64,000 nucleotides of DNA from Eledone cirrhosa (Eukaryota): positions 366,606,001 to 366,670,000 of the forward strand of contig OZ024742.1 of assembly GCA_964016885.1 (NCBI GenBank). Reading direction: 5' to 3'. A program made the position numbers and the translations under genes. Below, piece by piece: positions 43,722 to 55,864 of the stretch (the stretch's first letter is position 1; each line of letters opens with the position of its first letter). The notes beneath the pieces were generated by a model that saw only the letters and a program-made list of their open reading frames with translations, was not told where the DNA came from and searched no databases.

Positions 43722-44575
43722 TGTGTGTGTGTCTATGGATAGATACACAAATGTGAGAAGATTATATTTTATCCGAACAAATATATATTTCTTTATTTTT
43801 ATCCGAACAAATATAGAAAACTAAATGGTAAATTGATTCTCAGTAAAATATATTGGTTATAAAAATGTAATTGTTTGAAAGGAAATTTCAAATGGAATTG
43901 AATTCAAGAATTCAACATTCTAGTTAAATAATGTCTAACCTTACATTATACATGTCGTCAAAGTTTTAGATAACTGTATAGATAACTGTATAGTTGGTTG
44001 GAATTATTCCAGTTTAATTCTCTTATTTCGGAATGTTGTCAAAGAAAAGTCAATCTGACTTCGACATTACGATGACGTAACAAGGATAATAATTTAACAC
44101 TTTAGAATCTAAAGTAGTTAGTTATCTAAAGTTTAGATACTAACTTGTCTAAAACAAGCGCTGGTTTTAACATACAAAACTGTTTTAAATTGTTTATATT
44201 TACCTCAAAAACTTCTGCAATAATTTCCTTTAATAATTTTTGTGACGTTGCAAACACTTTCATAATGACAAAGTTAATTTTATTAGCAAATCCCTCAAAT
44301 TTTTGATTATTTTCGAAGTCATTTAAAAATTAACTGCAGTGTATTTGACTAGAATTAAAGGCAATTATCTTAATGAAACGCAAGCCTTTTTCATGCTAAC
44401 TCGCTTGAAACCACGTGGTTCTACCGTACAAAACTTTGTTTTAAATTGTTTACATTTATCTCAAATCTCTCATGAAAGCCATATGTGTTCCTCTATATAC
44501 CTATCTAACTCTGCTATCAATTAGGTTTTCTCCCTCTCTCTCTGTCTGTTTCTATCTCTCTCACTCTCTGTCCCT

Positions 44576-44633
<58 letters not shown>

Positions 44634-44869
44634 GTCAAATCCTTTAAATTATCCCCCGAACCAGTTAACTAATGAGAAAGTTAGTTATATTATTATATCA
44701 TCCGTTGAAATTCTATATTTTCAAAATTATTTGAAACTCGGAAGCAGTTTCTTTCATTAGAAATACGGCAAGGAACCGGTTAATGGATTACTACCTGTTT
44801 GTGGAAGCAACCGTTTAATTCTTCCATTGCACCTCCATGATATGTTTTCAATATTGGTTGTAAATTTCA

Positions 44870-45020
44870 ACACAATAGCAATGCGGGGTAAGAAGTCAAT
44901 TAACGGGCTCCAAATATTTGATTTGTACTTTATTTTATTAATCCCGGTATAATGAAAGACAATGTTGAACTCGGCATGATTTGAGCAAGTCTTGTGGGGC
45001 ATTTGGTCGGACGCTCTACA
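44870..45020 (-). mobile_element. Degenerate SINE (family of 33553)
   Basis: gtactttattttattaatcccgg...atgaaagacaatgttgaactcggcatgatttgagc. Confidence 0.55.
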
Positions 45021-45570
45021 TATTATTTCATGTCACAAAATTAGTGTTTTTGATAACGGCCGATAAATACTTGCAATTTGAAGAAACATATTTTATTCGG
45101 AAGAGGAAAAATACTTTTACAAAAAAGGAATTTTATGCGGGAAATATCTAGAATAAGCTTAAACCAAACTTGGAACCTCTACATACAACAACCAAATCTC
45201 GTCTCAAAATATAACGACTAAACGTATTAGGATTCATTGGGCAATAGTTATGCAACTATGATACCTTATTTCGTGTTGGAATCGTAGACATATGGAATCT
45301 TGAGCACTTTAAACATCTGGGAGACCACCTGCTCTCTGGATTTGAACAGTCGGTTTCTTTCAGAGTTGGTGTGAGAGACAAATCAAAATGTCTAAAGAGG
45401 GCCAGAAGCGGAATCGACCACATTACAAGAATGGTACTTTATTTATCGATATGAAACGCTTGAAAGGTAAATTGATTTCCGCTGGATTTCAACACAGGAG
45501 AAGACCACATATATTGTTGACGCTGTTCTAACGACTCTATAAATTCGTTGACTAAGATTGTATTGTGTGA

Positions 45571-45712
45571 AGGCGCATGGCTTATTGGTTAGAGCATTGG
45601 GCTTGCAATGGAAATGTTGTGAGTTCAATTCTCGGACCGGGTGATGTGTTGTTTCCTTGAACAAGACACTTTATTTCACGTTACTCCAGTTTACTCAGCT
45701 GTAGAAATGAGA
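45571..45712 (+). mobile_element. tRNA-derived SINE, second family
   Basis: A-box tggcttattggttagagc, B-box gagttcaattc and body ccttgaacaagacactttatttcacg; a reverse copy lies at about 49135-49262. Confidence 0.72.
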
Positions 45713-46350
45713 TGATAGGACTGGGGTCCCTATCATTAACTCACCCAAGACATATTGGATTATAGAGTTATTGTAGTGCAATAAAAACGTTTGTGTATTA
45801 TTTCAATGAATCAGACATATACGAAGAACGGCAGAATAGTTCATAGGCTGACTATAAAAGAGTGATGCTAGAGCTGTGAAATCTTGCATGTATTAATTTC
45901 AACTCTTCTTATTAATAACTGCATTGCTTCTTTCCGTGTTGAAAACAATACCTCATTTGGTCATTCCATGAGAGTATCTTGGTCAGTTTATGAACTTTTC
46001 AGCCTACCCTTGTAAACTACCTGAACTTATCAAACAACGCCTCTATTGACTTGTTACTGGAATATCTATCTATCTATATATTACATATATAATATGTATA
46101 TAGATATATGGATGGGGGGGGGGGTAGTCTCTCTCTATATATATATGGGGATGTTTGTTTATGTGTGTATATGAAAAATTGTTTTAAAAAATAAAAATTC
46201 ACACGAAAGGCACAGAACTCTATGGTCATTGGCCATTGGGATGGACTTTGAAAGTTTCGACCCCTACTAACGGTATAGCTGGTTCACCAGGGGTCACACC
46301 GTCAGACACGAGCCAAACGCTGTCCAGTGGAGTAAGAGACGAGAGACAAA

Positions 46351-46415
<65 letters not shown>

Positions 46416-46456
46416 GGATAACAGGTTATCGTTATAGGCAGTCCACTTAGATCGCG

Positions 46457-46565
46457 TGCTCCGATGAAAACGACTGGTTATAAACAAAGTATTGGAGTCG
46501 ATTGACGCAAAGTCAGGCGGGTAGCGAACTCTAGACCTACCAGACCGAAGAAACAATTGTCAGCA
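46457..46565 (+). ncRNA. Hammerhead-like motif with CCGAUGA core and a large branched domain II
   Basis: TGCT-CCGATGA-[about 82 nt]-GAAA-CAATTG-TC-AGCA. Confidence 0.5.
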
Positions 46566-46616
46566 ATGTGAATAGAGCCCTTATTGTATAGCGAACCATG
46601 TCACTCTTTTTTCTTG

Positions 46617-46684
<68 letters not shown>

Positions 46685-47067
46685 ATAAATTATCGAGAAT
46701 CGCATTTCGGCCCACGAAATAACGAAAAACAAAATCCGAGATGTGTGGCAAGTGCTCAATGATTCAGATGAACCAGAGCTATAACAAACGTTAAAGGCCA
46801 AACAAACTGAGACGATGGTTAAACAATCATTCGCATAGCCAAATACATATATATATATATATGAATATACACACACACTCACCCTTTATGTGTAGAAACG
46901 CTGATTCCTGTCAATAAACGTGATGCAATGAACTAAAGCAATCGACGTTATGCAGACCATCCATCGTGGATGAGATATCACATGGCTGTTGCAAACGGAA
47001 TTAAATATTCCTGAAAATCAACAGAAGGCCGGACAGGGAATTTTCTTTAAAATTTTAATTAAGCGGA

Positions 47068-47137
<70 letters not shown>

Positions 47138-47320
47138 TAACATAAACAAAGAACTGAACACAAATATTTAATATATATATTATAAAATAGCGCAATATTA
47201 GGTTTAATTCTAATATTTCTTTATTCAACAGATGGATTGCTTTGGTAATCAAATGATAAAAGTTGATTACGATTACTTGAACTGTTTACGTTGGAAATAG
47301 TACTTGTTATACATACATAA

Positions 47321-47359
<39 letters not shown>

Positions 47360-47490
47360 CATATATATATATACATATATATACATATATATATATATAT
47401 TTAAAGGTTAAACAAGGTTCAATGAATAAATCAAAGAATGAGTTTTACAATAGATTGGAAGCACTCAACAGTTATGGTTTTCCGGAGTTA

Positions 47491-47735
47491 TTAATATTAA
47501 TTCAAAATATTAACAAAATAGATATTCTTGTGATCAAGTATATTTTATTATACATATTTCAGAGGTAGTGAGTTAACTTCAACAGTACGTCCTCATCAGA
47601 TAAAATAAAATGATGTCATACATCATCTTATTTTATCTGATGAGGACGTACTGTTGAAGTTAACTCAGTATTTCTGAAATATGTATAATAAAATATACTT
47701 GATCACAAGAATATCTATTTTTTAAATATTTTAAA

Positions 47736-47744
<9 letters not shown>
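47491..47744. repeat. About 250-bp fold-back with two hammerhead motifs; same family as the Penelope-like 3' end at 28670-28790
   Basis: Arms are reverse complements and share ctgatgaggacgtactgttg and tatgtataataaaat...ttgatca with 28697-28770. Confidence 0.85.
47629..47695 (+). ncRNA. Type I hammerhead ribozyme-like motif
   Basis: TATTTTAT-CTGATGA-GGACGTACTG...CAGTATTTCT-GAAA-TATGTA-TA-ATAAAATA; mirror copy at 47541-47607 (-). Confidence 0.7.
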
Positions 47745-47782
<38 letters not shown>

Positions 47783-47971
47783 CAGTATAATCAGCTCCTG
47801 ATTATTACTGGAATTCTATAAGAATCCAGCTTCTATAATTTTCGGCGGAAGTAAAGGAGTATGTGGCTCTGATGAACGCCAACAAGTGTTAAACAGACTG
47901 AAAGCGTATGGTCTTCTAAATGTTTCTAATTAAACATGCGGTATATTGCCAAATATACTATAATTACATTC

Positions 47972-48081
<110 letters not shown>

Positions 48082-48432
48082 TATACAGATTAAAGTTTAA
48101 GCAAAGAATCGCTGCTTTCACCTATTAAGGGATTTTATTCGGATTTTAGTCAATTGTTAGTTAGTACTTCAGTCAAACTATAAACACTACTGACGAGACA
48201 GACCAGTCTTTGAACCACTACTCCACTATAGAGAGGTGGTGATAACCTCGATACGTCGCGCATACTAGTTAAGTATATGATTATTAACACAAACTAAATA
48301 AGTATTTTTTGAACTAGATTGAGCATTGTTTCTTTTGTCTTATAACTACGTGTATCTTACATACATACACACGCTCACACGCACGCACATAAATGCACAC
48401 TCTCACACGCACACACGCACATATATATACAT

Positions 48433-48536
<104 letters not shown>

Positions 48537-48909
48537 ACAGGCTGTATGGAAGAAATCTCTATTTAAAATTAATAACTGTTAACTTAATTTTCATAAGACG
48601 TATGAAGAGTTTGAAGTACAGTAAAATGTTAAGATTCTAGACAGACAGCAGAGTTTTCTACCAGTGTTTGTAATGGTATGGGTATATCCTCGACTGGTTA
48701 CATCAGGATCACAGCTGGTAGGTTGACTAGTAAATGACGAATTCACTCCTCCAATTTAGTACGAAATAAATGGGATGGCGTTAAGTCAGGACTGCTTCCT
48801 GTGCATTCATGTCAAGTTCGACGATCCTGCCAACATCCTGGAAATTGGATATGAAGCCACTCACGGACAGTGCATGTAAAAGGAAGAAAGGCCTCATCTT
48901 GCATGAGGT

Positions 48910-49115
48910 CATTGCTGTTGTCCCTGATGGGAGACATCAATACATGTGTTGGTACTGATCACCTAACATAGAAAGGAGTGATTGGAAAGAAAGGCGGTCC
49001 TGATCTAAATGTGAAGGGAGAGGCCTTGTTAGACTTCTGTTCCAGTTAGGGGCTCTCTATAATGGGCACTTTGCTTTAAAAAATGACATCAATAACTATA
49101 AATGGTATAGGCAAA
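48910..49115 (+). mobile_element. Decayed RTE-like LINE endonuclease fragment
   Basis: Manual translation gives MGDINTCVGTD..*KGVIGKKGGPDLNVKGEALLDFCSS*GLSIMGT, with in-frame stops. Confidence 0.65.
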
Positions 49116-49262
49116 TACTGGCTCTTCGAAATACAACTCATTTTTGCCTGCTAGGTGAGGTGGGTCAACGTGAAATAAAGTGTCTTGCTCAAAATCACAA
49201 CGTGCAGCAGAGAATAGTACTTACGACCTTACGATCATGACTCGAATACCCTCACCTCTAAG

Positions 49263-49383
<121 letters not shown>

Positions 49384-49789
49384 TATACATGCACACATGC
49401 ATATATATATTATTCTATTACTTTCTTTTACGCGTTCCAGCCGCGGGGTAGAGACCATGCTGGGGCAACGCCATATGTGTGTGTAGATGTACGTTCCTGT
49501 TTGATTGCTATTTATGTCTGTAATTTAAAGGTTGACGGAACAATACAATATGTACCCGGCATGATATAAACTAAAGTTACTAATAGACGGTGCCCCACGA
49601 TTGTCACTGTTTAATGACAGACAGTAGAAAAGCTACACACTCACATATAATTTACCTCAAGGCATTTGATACATGTATAATTCAAACTGTCCACTTAAAC
49701 ATTATATAATGTATATATATATGATGTTGCAGATGTTCCAGATGTGCAACGAAAGAACTTTGTTAGACTATATATATTATATTTATAAT

Positions 49790-49855
<66 letters not shown>

Positions 49856-50623
49856 TATCTGTATTTTTAACCATTGGTTAATCAATGATAAACATGTACT
49901 TTAGGATAGTAAATTTAACTATAGAAATCAGCTAGTTACCTCCCCTTACGCATTAACTCCCCTTAATCACACACACTTCCGGAATATAATACGATGTCAT
50001 CTCTCACAACAAAAACAACCTGATCTATGAATCGAATTAAAGAACGACAAGCTGTGATGTTCTAGCATGGTTCACCAGGCACCCAATGTTGAATCATCGT
50101 GGATTGTGATATGGGCATGTAGTCTATAAATTGCCTTTCCTGGATTGTGAGAGTGGTGCTGTGTACGAGGACAGTGGTGCTGTTTTGCTCCTCATTTGTA
50201 ATATTTTTGGTATTTTTGGTGTTTCTCCACACACGGGCTTCTATATCGTACAGGTGTGTGTAAATAATACTTAACCAGTTCACCCCCATGATGCTCTTGA
50301 TTGCCTGCTTTGACTGCTTGTTTTACTTGTAACAATATGCCGCACTATAATCTTGTATAAATAGCACACGCGTGCATGCCACACGTGTGACTGTTGCATA
50401 CACTGGCTACTCCAAACTTTCCTTTTGCTTTATCTTAGTAGACTGCCAATGTTTTATTTTAATTTTAATTTTGTCCTTTAATATGACTGTAATCTTTGTA
50501 TGTAAATTACCATGCTATATTATTATAATGGATGTCAACCCACTGTGGGTCAATATATACATATGTTTCTATATGTCTCTTGTGTTGAAAAGGAGGTCAA
50601 GTATGTTAAAAATCACTGAATAA

Positions 50624-50672
50624 TTGCTCCGAAGACTTCAAACCTCGATTTGGAAGAAACAATTGTAAGCAG
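50624..50672 (+). ncRNA. Hammerhead-like motif with CCGAAGA core
   Basis: TTGCT-CCGAAGA-cTTCAAA..TTTGGAA-GAAA-CAATTG-TA-AGCAG. Confidence 0.5.
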
Positions 50673-50894
50673 ATAAATGATTTAAACAGAACTTTGTTTC
50701 ATGTAATCTCTACATAACTGCTCTGTAAAACAACTGATGTTATTACATTGAGCTATTTATCTTACTGGTAATAAGGTAGTAATAAATTACTGTCTTTCAC
50801 TATTTAGGGTATAATATATATATAACTATAAAAGGTTTTAGTATGTACATAACCATAAATAGTATCCTTAATACTATATATATATTTATATATA

Positions 50895-51295
50895 TAACAA
50901 AGAAATTGTGGCAAGGAACCAGATGGACCATAACGCACCAGAGTACTCAATACATAGGGTAGTAGAGTGGGAAATAGGAAAAAGTATGACCCCGACGGCA
51001 GAGCTCAAGCCGTTTCGACGGCTATTTCTGGACTACAATACCGCCTATGGAAGCATTATATTTCTAGTCCAGAAATAGCCGTCGAAACGGCTTGAGCTCT
51101 GCCGTCGAGGGCATACTTTTTCATATATATATATATATATATGTGTGTGTATGCGTGTGTGTGTGTGTCAGATGGTAGCTAAGCTGCTTCCATAGGCGGT
51201 ATGCCGGTTGAGCACTCTATACTCTTACAGAGCAGAGTATGATATAATATAAAACGAAAAATCAGTGATGCATCTAGACTCAGTTTATTGTGTGT
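50895..51295. mobile_element. Fold-back repeat family A, copy 4, plus an associated segment
   Basis: Palindrome at about 50978-51122 with the tail on the left; 51172-51290 matches 42478-42600. Confidence 0.78.
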
Positions 51296-51395
51296 TACAA
51301 TTATTTCGCCGGGGGATAGTTCGAGACGCGATCATTGTGTGGATCCGTCTGATTCTGGACACGCAGGTTCGACGGACACTTCTAATGATTTTGGA

Positions 51396-51441
<46 letters not shown>

Positions 51442-51462
51442 GTATGTGAATGTATGTATGTA

Positions 51463-51513
<51 letters not shown>

Positions 51514-51740
51514 TGTATTCAAAAACTCAGAATGTTATATCCAAAGCTGGTAGATCACCCAGTCCAATGGACGGGATGGATATAGAGGTAATTTTATAAT
51601 ATTACCAAACCATACATGAATTGAAAAACCTTTTTAGGTGAAACCTGTGTTCTCACCTATGGTCTGGTAATTGTTGTACAATTGACCCCCCCCCCCCCCA
51701 TCTCTCTCTCTCTCTCTCTCTATCTCTCTTTCTCTCTCTC

Positions 51741-51810
<70 letters not shown>

Positions 51811-51924
51811 GGGAAGGTTATGTTGCCAATATTGACAATAGAAAGATGACCATCCTCAAATATAAAAATATCAGTTTCAGCACACGATTTCACATTTAGA
51901 ATCTTGCAGAATAAATTTAGAAAC

Positions 51925-51975
<51 letters not shown>

Positions 51976-52002
51976 GCGTGTGTGTATGTCTGTGTGTGTC
52001 TG

Positions 52003-52045
<43 letters not shown>

Positions 52046-52357
52046 ATATATAAATGAGAAAAAAAATAGAGAAAGTAAAAAAATAGAGATAGCTTTAGTA
52101 TACATGTAATTTCTGTCCATTGTCCCAGATTATAAAGAACCGTAAACGGTATAGCTGAAGTCGTAGACTAAAATTCTAACTAGGAAACCGAATGATTCTC
52201 CGCTTCAGAGTTAAGAATAAAGTAAATAAAATACAACGGTTGCAACGTTTTTTGAAATATTTACTTCTGCGTTCACAGATTGACTTTGTTAGTTTCAGAA
52301 GATCCCGTTAAGGGTGAAAGCAGCAATTCTTTGCTTAAACTTTAATCTGTTATTTTA

Positions 52358-52406
<49 letters not shown>

Positions 52407-52768
52407 TATGAATATGTGAATTGTGAGTATATGTATTTTGTAGAGGTGTGCAAATATATTTGTGTGTGAATGCGTGGGTGAAAGGATACGTACGCTTGAA
52501 AGAAAAATTTAAGTCTGAATGTTAATTAAGTGCAAACACAAAACCAACCACGCATATCTTTACTATCTCTAATCCTTCTATAGATTTAGAAAAATAACCA
52601 ATAATATATTCTATAAAAAATGTCAAAACAACAGATGGGAATCTAATTACTCACTGCCACCAAGAATTCTCACTGCTATCGAAAAACCACTCCTTCAACT
52701 ATTCTTCTAACAACTTCACCCCTCCCTCCTAATATTCTCTATAAAAACTAAATAGGTCCTCAGTAATA

Positions 52769-52889
52769 TTATTCTGATGAAATGACAGTCAATAATAACA
52801 TTGAAATATTGAATGTCTGCATAACTAAAACTTTGTAGATAGCAGCTGTTTTCAGGTTATGTAACTGTTATAGAAACACGTGTCAATAA
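52769..52889 (+). ncRNA. Hammerhead-like motif with an approximately 92-nt domain II and GUC cleavage triplet
   Basis: TTATT-CTGATGA-aATGACAGT...ACTGTTATa-GAAA-CACGTG-TC-AATAA. Confidence 0.62.
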
Positions 52890-53036
52890 ATTCCTTTCAA
52901 CTAAACTGTATCCATTCAAATCTTTCTATTTTTCTCCGGATTACTTTTGGAACTACAACTGGAACCGTCGAGCAAACTCTACGTGAGCTGATAATCTACT
53001 GTGTGTAATATTTATATTACAACACAACGAAAAATA

Positions 53037-53116
<80 letters not shown>

Positions 53117-53293
53117 CTGATAGTTTAGACATGTTAACACAACCATATATAGGCAAACAATAATCCAAAGCTCAAATGTGATTTTCTAGTCCACAGCAAG
53201 ATTGGGAAAAGACGATTCAGAGTTTAATCAGTTAATTTCCAATCACAGTAGTTTTACAATATCACAGAACATATATACAATACATTAAATAAA

Positions 53294-53473
53294 TAGATTT
53301 AAGAACGTTTCTATCAATACAGTAAGATGTTCCATTACTGTACTGATGTCAGCCATCTCCAATTGGGGATGTCTGACATCAGAGGTAAATATGTTATATT
53401 GTTTAATAGATTCTGAAGAAATCAGTACAGTAATGGAACATCTTACTGTATTGATAGAAATATTCTTAAATCA
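53294..53473. repeat. Fold-back containing a hammerhead-like motif (53409-53472, +)
   Basis: GATT-CTGAAGA-aATCAGTACAGTAA...TTACTGTATTGATa-GAAA...AATC; partial inverted copy at 53294-53348; stem III weak. Confidence 0.6.
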
Positions 53474-53630
53474 ATATAGTCAATGTAATTTAATCCTGGT
53501 TAATTTATATATCAGCACCAACAGTTTTACAAGAGATGTCAACATGAATGGACCTGTTATTTTTATCTAAAGACATTTTTTTCCAATAAAAGCTCGCCCG
53601 TCCCCTCAATGTATCTTATTTCTCATTCTT

Positions 53631-53666
53631 TCTTCTGATGAAGGACTAGCGTCCGAAACGTTAAGA
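53631..53666 (+). ncRNA. Minimal hammerhead ribozyme-like motif
   Basis: TCTT-CTGATGA-aGGAC-tagc-GTCC-GAAACGTT-AAGA, with a palindromic minimal stem III. Confidence 0.7.
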
Positions 53667-54085
53667 CCCCCCCCCCCTTCCTGCTGTATCAAGCGTTAAC
53701 CTAATATTTCCCTTCCATATACTGTACCTATTGTGTTATTATTTCTGTTTAGCTTTTGCATATATATATATATATATACCTGGATTATAATGTATGTATA
53801 TGGCGGGTTTCTGCAGTTTCTTAAGTTCCACTCACATGGCATTGATCAACTCCAAGCAATTGTTGATGACATTTGCTCAAGATGCTGCACAGTGGGACTG
53901 GACACAGAGACATATGATCACGGCGTTATCTCTTTAGGGACAAGTCGAACATCTTTTTCAGGACTTTCGTAGTTATCTCCCTTACACCTTTCGCCCGTGG
54001 TTTTGTATCGCTTGGGTGAAGTGACCGTTTCTGCGCATGCGCATTCATACGGTTGTTCTTCCTGTTCCGTATAACCATGACCAGT

Positions 54086-54126
54086 CCGAGCTGAAGATCC
54101 GAATAAGGTGAAACAATTGTTCTCGG
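54086..54126 (+). ncRNA. Minimal hammerhead ribozyme-like motif
   Basis: CCGAG-CTGAAGA-tCCgaataaGGt-GAAA-CAATTG-TT-CTCGG, with a perfect 5-bp stem I. Confidence 0.7.
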
Positions 54127-54149
54127 TAAGGTCACCTCACTGTTGTGTA

Positions 54150-54206
<57 letters not shown>

Positions 54207-55058
54207 GATATATATATAGATATACAAAATTAAGATAAATCAAATGAATTTAATCTAAATCAAAATTATGGGTGTCATGCCAGAAAGGCATGCGCCATAT
54301 CACCCGTAAAATAAGCTCTAAGATTCTAACGAGTAGGTCCGAGCATTTTATAATAACTAGAGATTGATTAACATATAAATAAACATGAATAATCACAGGA
54401 GATAATTTTTACAAGTGTGTAACCACACATAGCTAGGTAGGTAACTATATAAAGTTGACCAGAACTTCAAAAATAGATACCTTATAATATGATTAATCTT
54501 CCCTGTATATATTCCATCCATTAAAGAAATATATTTCACCAATTAATCGAATGGTAAACCACGGAAGTGGAGACTTGGATTTTCAACAAGGAAGAAGTTC
54601 CCAGCAATCCGTGTTTACACTTCAAGTTCAAATCAGCGACTGGCCAGCTCGTGTAGTATTTACTAGAAACACACACATCATACTAGCTTCGTCCCAGTGG
54701 TGCATTTCGTGCGTGTGTGTATCGTTATTTCTCCTTTGTGCCTGTGTGTGTGTTTACTTTTGGTGTCATCACTATGTGTGTGTGGGGGTGTCGTATGTGT
54801 GTGTGTGTGTGTGTGTGTTGAGTTTACGTGATTAGTTGTGTTTATGTGTGTCTATGCAATAATGGTTTATGTGTGTATGATGAGAAAGACATTAATCCAG
54901 AGTGTTTAATTAAAGTTTCCAGTGGTTGGATGAGAATAGTTGGTTATAAAGGAGAGATTTATAGCCAACGTTTGGATGTCATTAGACCTCAACCTTAATA
55001 GGTAAACCAATTGGAACATTCAATTTGCTTTCACCGTACTTTGACTTCAGAAAGCTCA

Positions 55059-55093
<35 letters not shown>

Positions 55094-55864
55094 TAGACCA
55101 CCCGTGACCCGTTTGGTCATGTTCACTTTAAAATAATTTTAAAATAATTAAAATATACACAAAATGTATATAATGTAAAATAACATTGGAAAACCAATAT
55201 ATATATATACGTGTATGTGTGTGTGTATATGTACGTGTATATATATGTGTGTGTGGGTGTCTGTGGCCTATATCACACTGTTTATAGACACACACATACA
55301 TCCTGTCCTAACACAAGTTATAGGATACATATAACTTAATATTCAGTCACCAAATTCCAGCTAGATACAGTAATGCTGTATTCAATTCTTTGAAGTCACC
55401 TGTCATAATTTCCTTCAACAACACCACCAGCTCTCTCCCTCTCTTCCACAATCACTATCTGCGTTTGTATTCACATTTCAATGGTACCTTACTTTCAAAG
55501 AATTTTCCCATTATGCGCTGATTTGGTTACTTATAAAGGCACCCGAAAGAACCCGCGTATCTCGGGAACCCGTGGTCCGATTTACGTGAAACTTGTCTTT
55601 TCACTGTATTATTCACAAAGAAAATATCAAATCATTTTTCACTAATAGCTATCCAAACACTACACTTCAACATTTTTTTTTCTATATCTCTATGGATGCT
55701 TGACTGTTTGTTCTGAAAGATTTTTCAGCTTAAAAAGTTACAATGTTAATGAAAAACTGGTTTTATTTACAAAAATTTCAAAAAAATTATTCTTACTTGT
55801 CTTAGTTTTTCCTTTTCCTTTCATTTTCTGGCGTCGAAATCAACATTTTCTCATATTTACGCTG

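Noticed and set aside
45571-45640. tRNA gene
   Set aside because: Has A/B boxes but no cloverleaf, and continues into a repeated SINE body.
54551-54835. 94-aa ORF as a host exon
   Set aside because: No recognisable motif; it runs into TG repeats and the splice signals are ambiguous on both strands.
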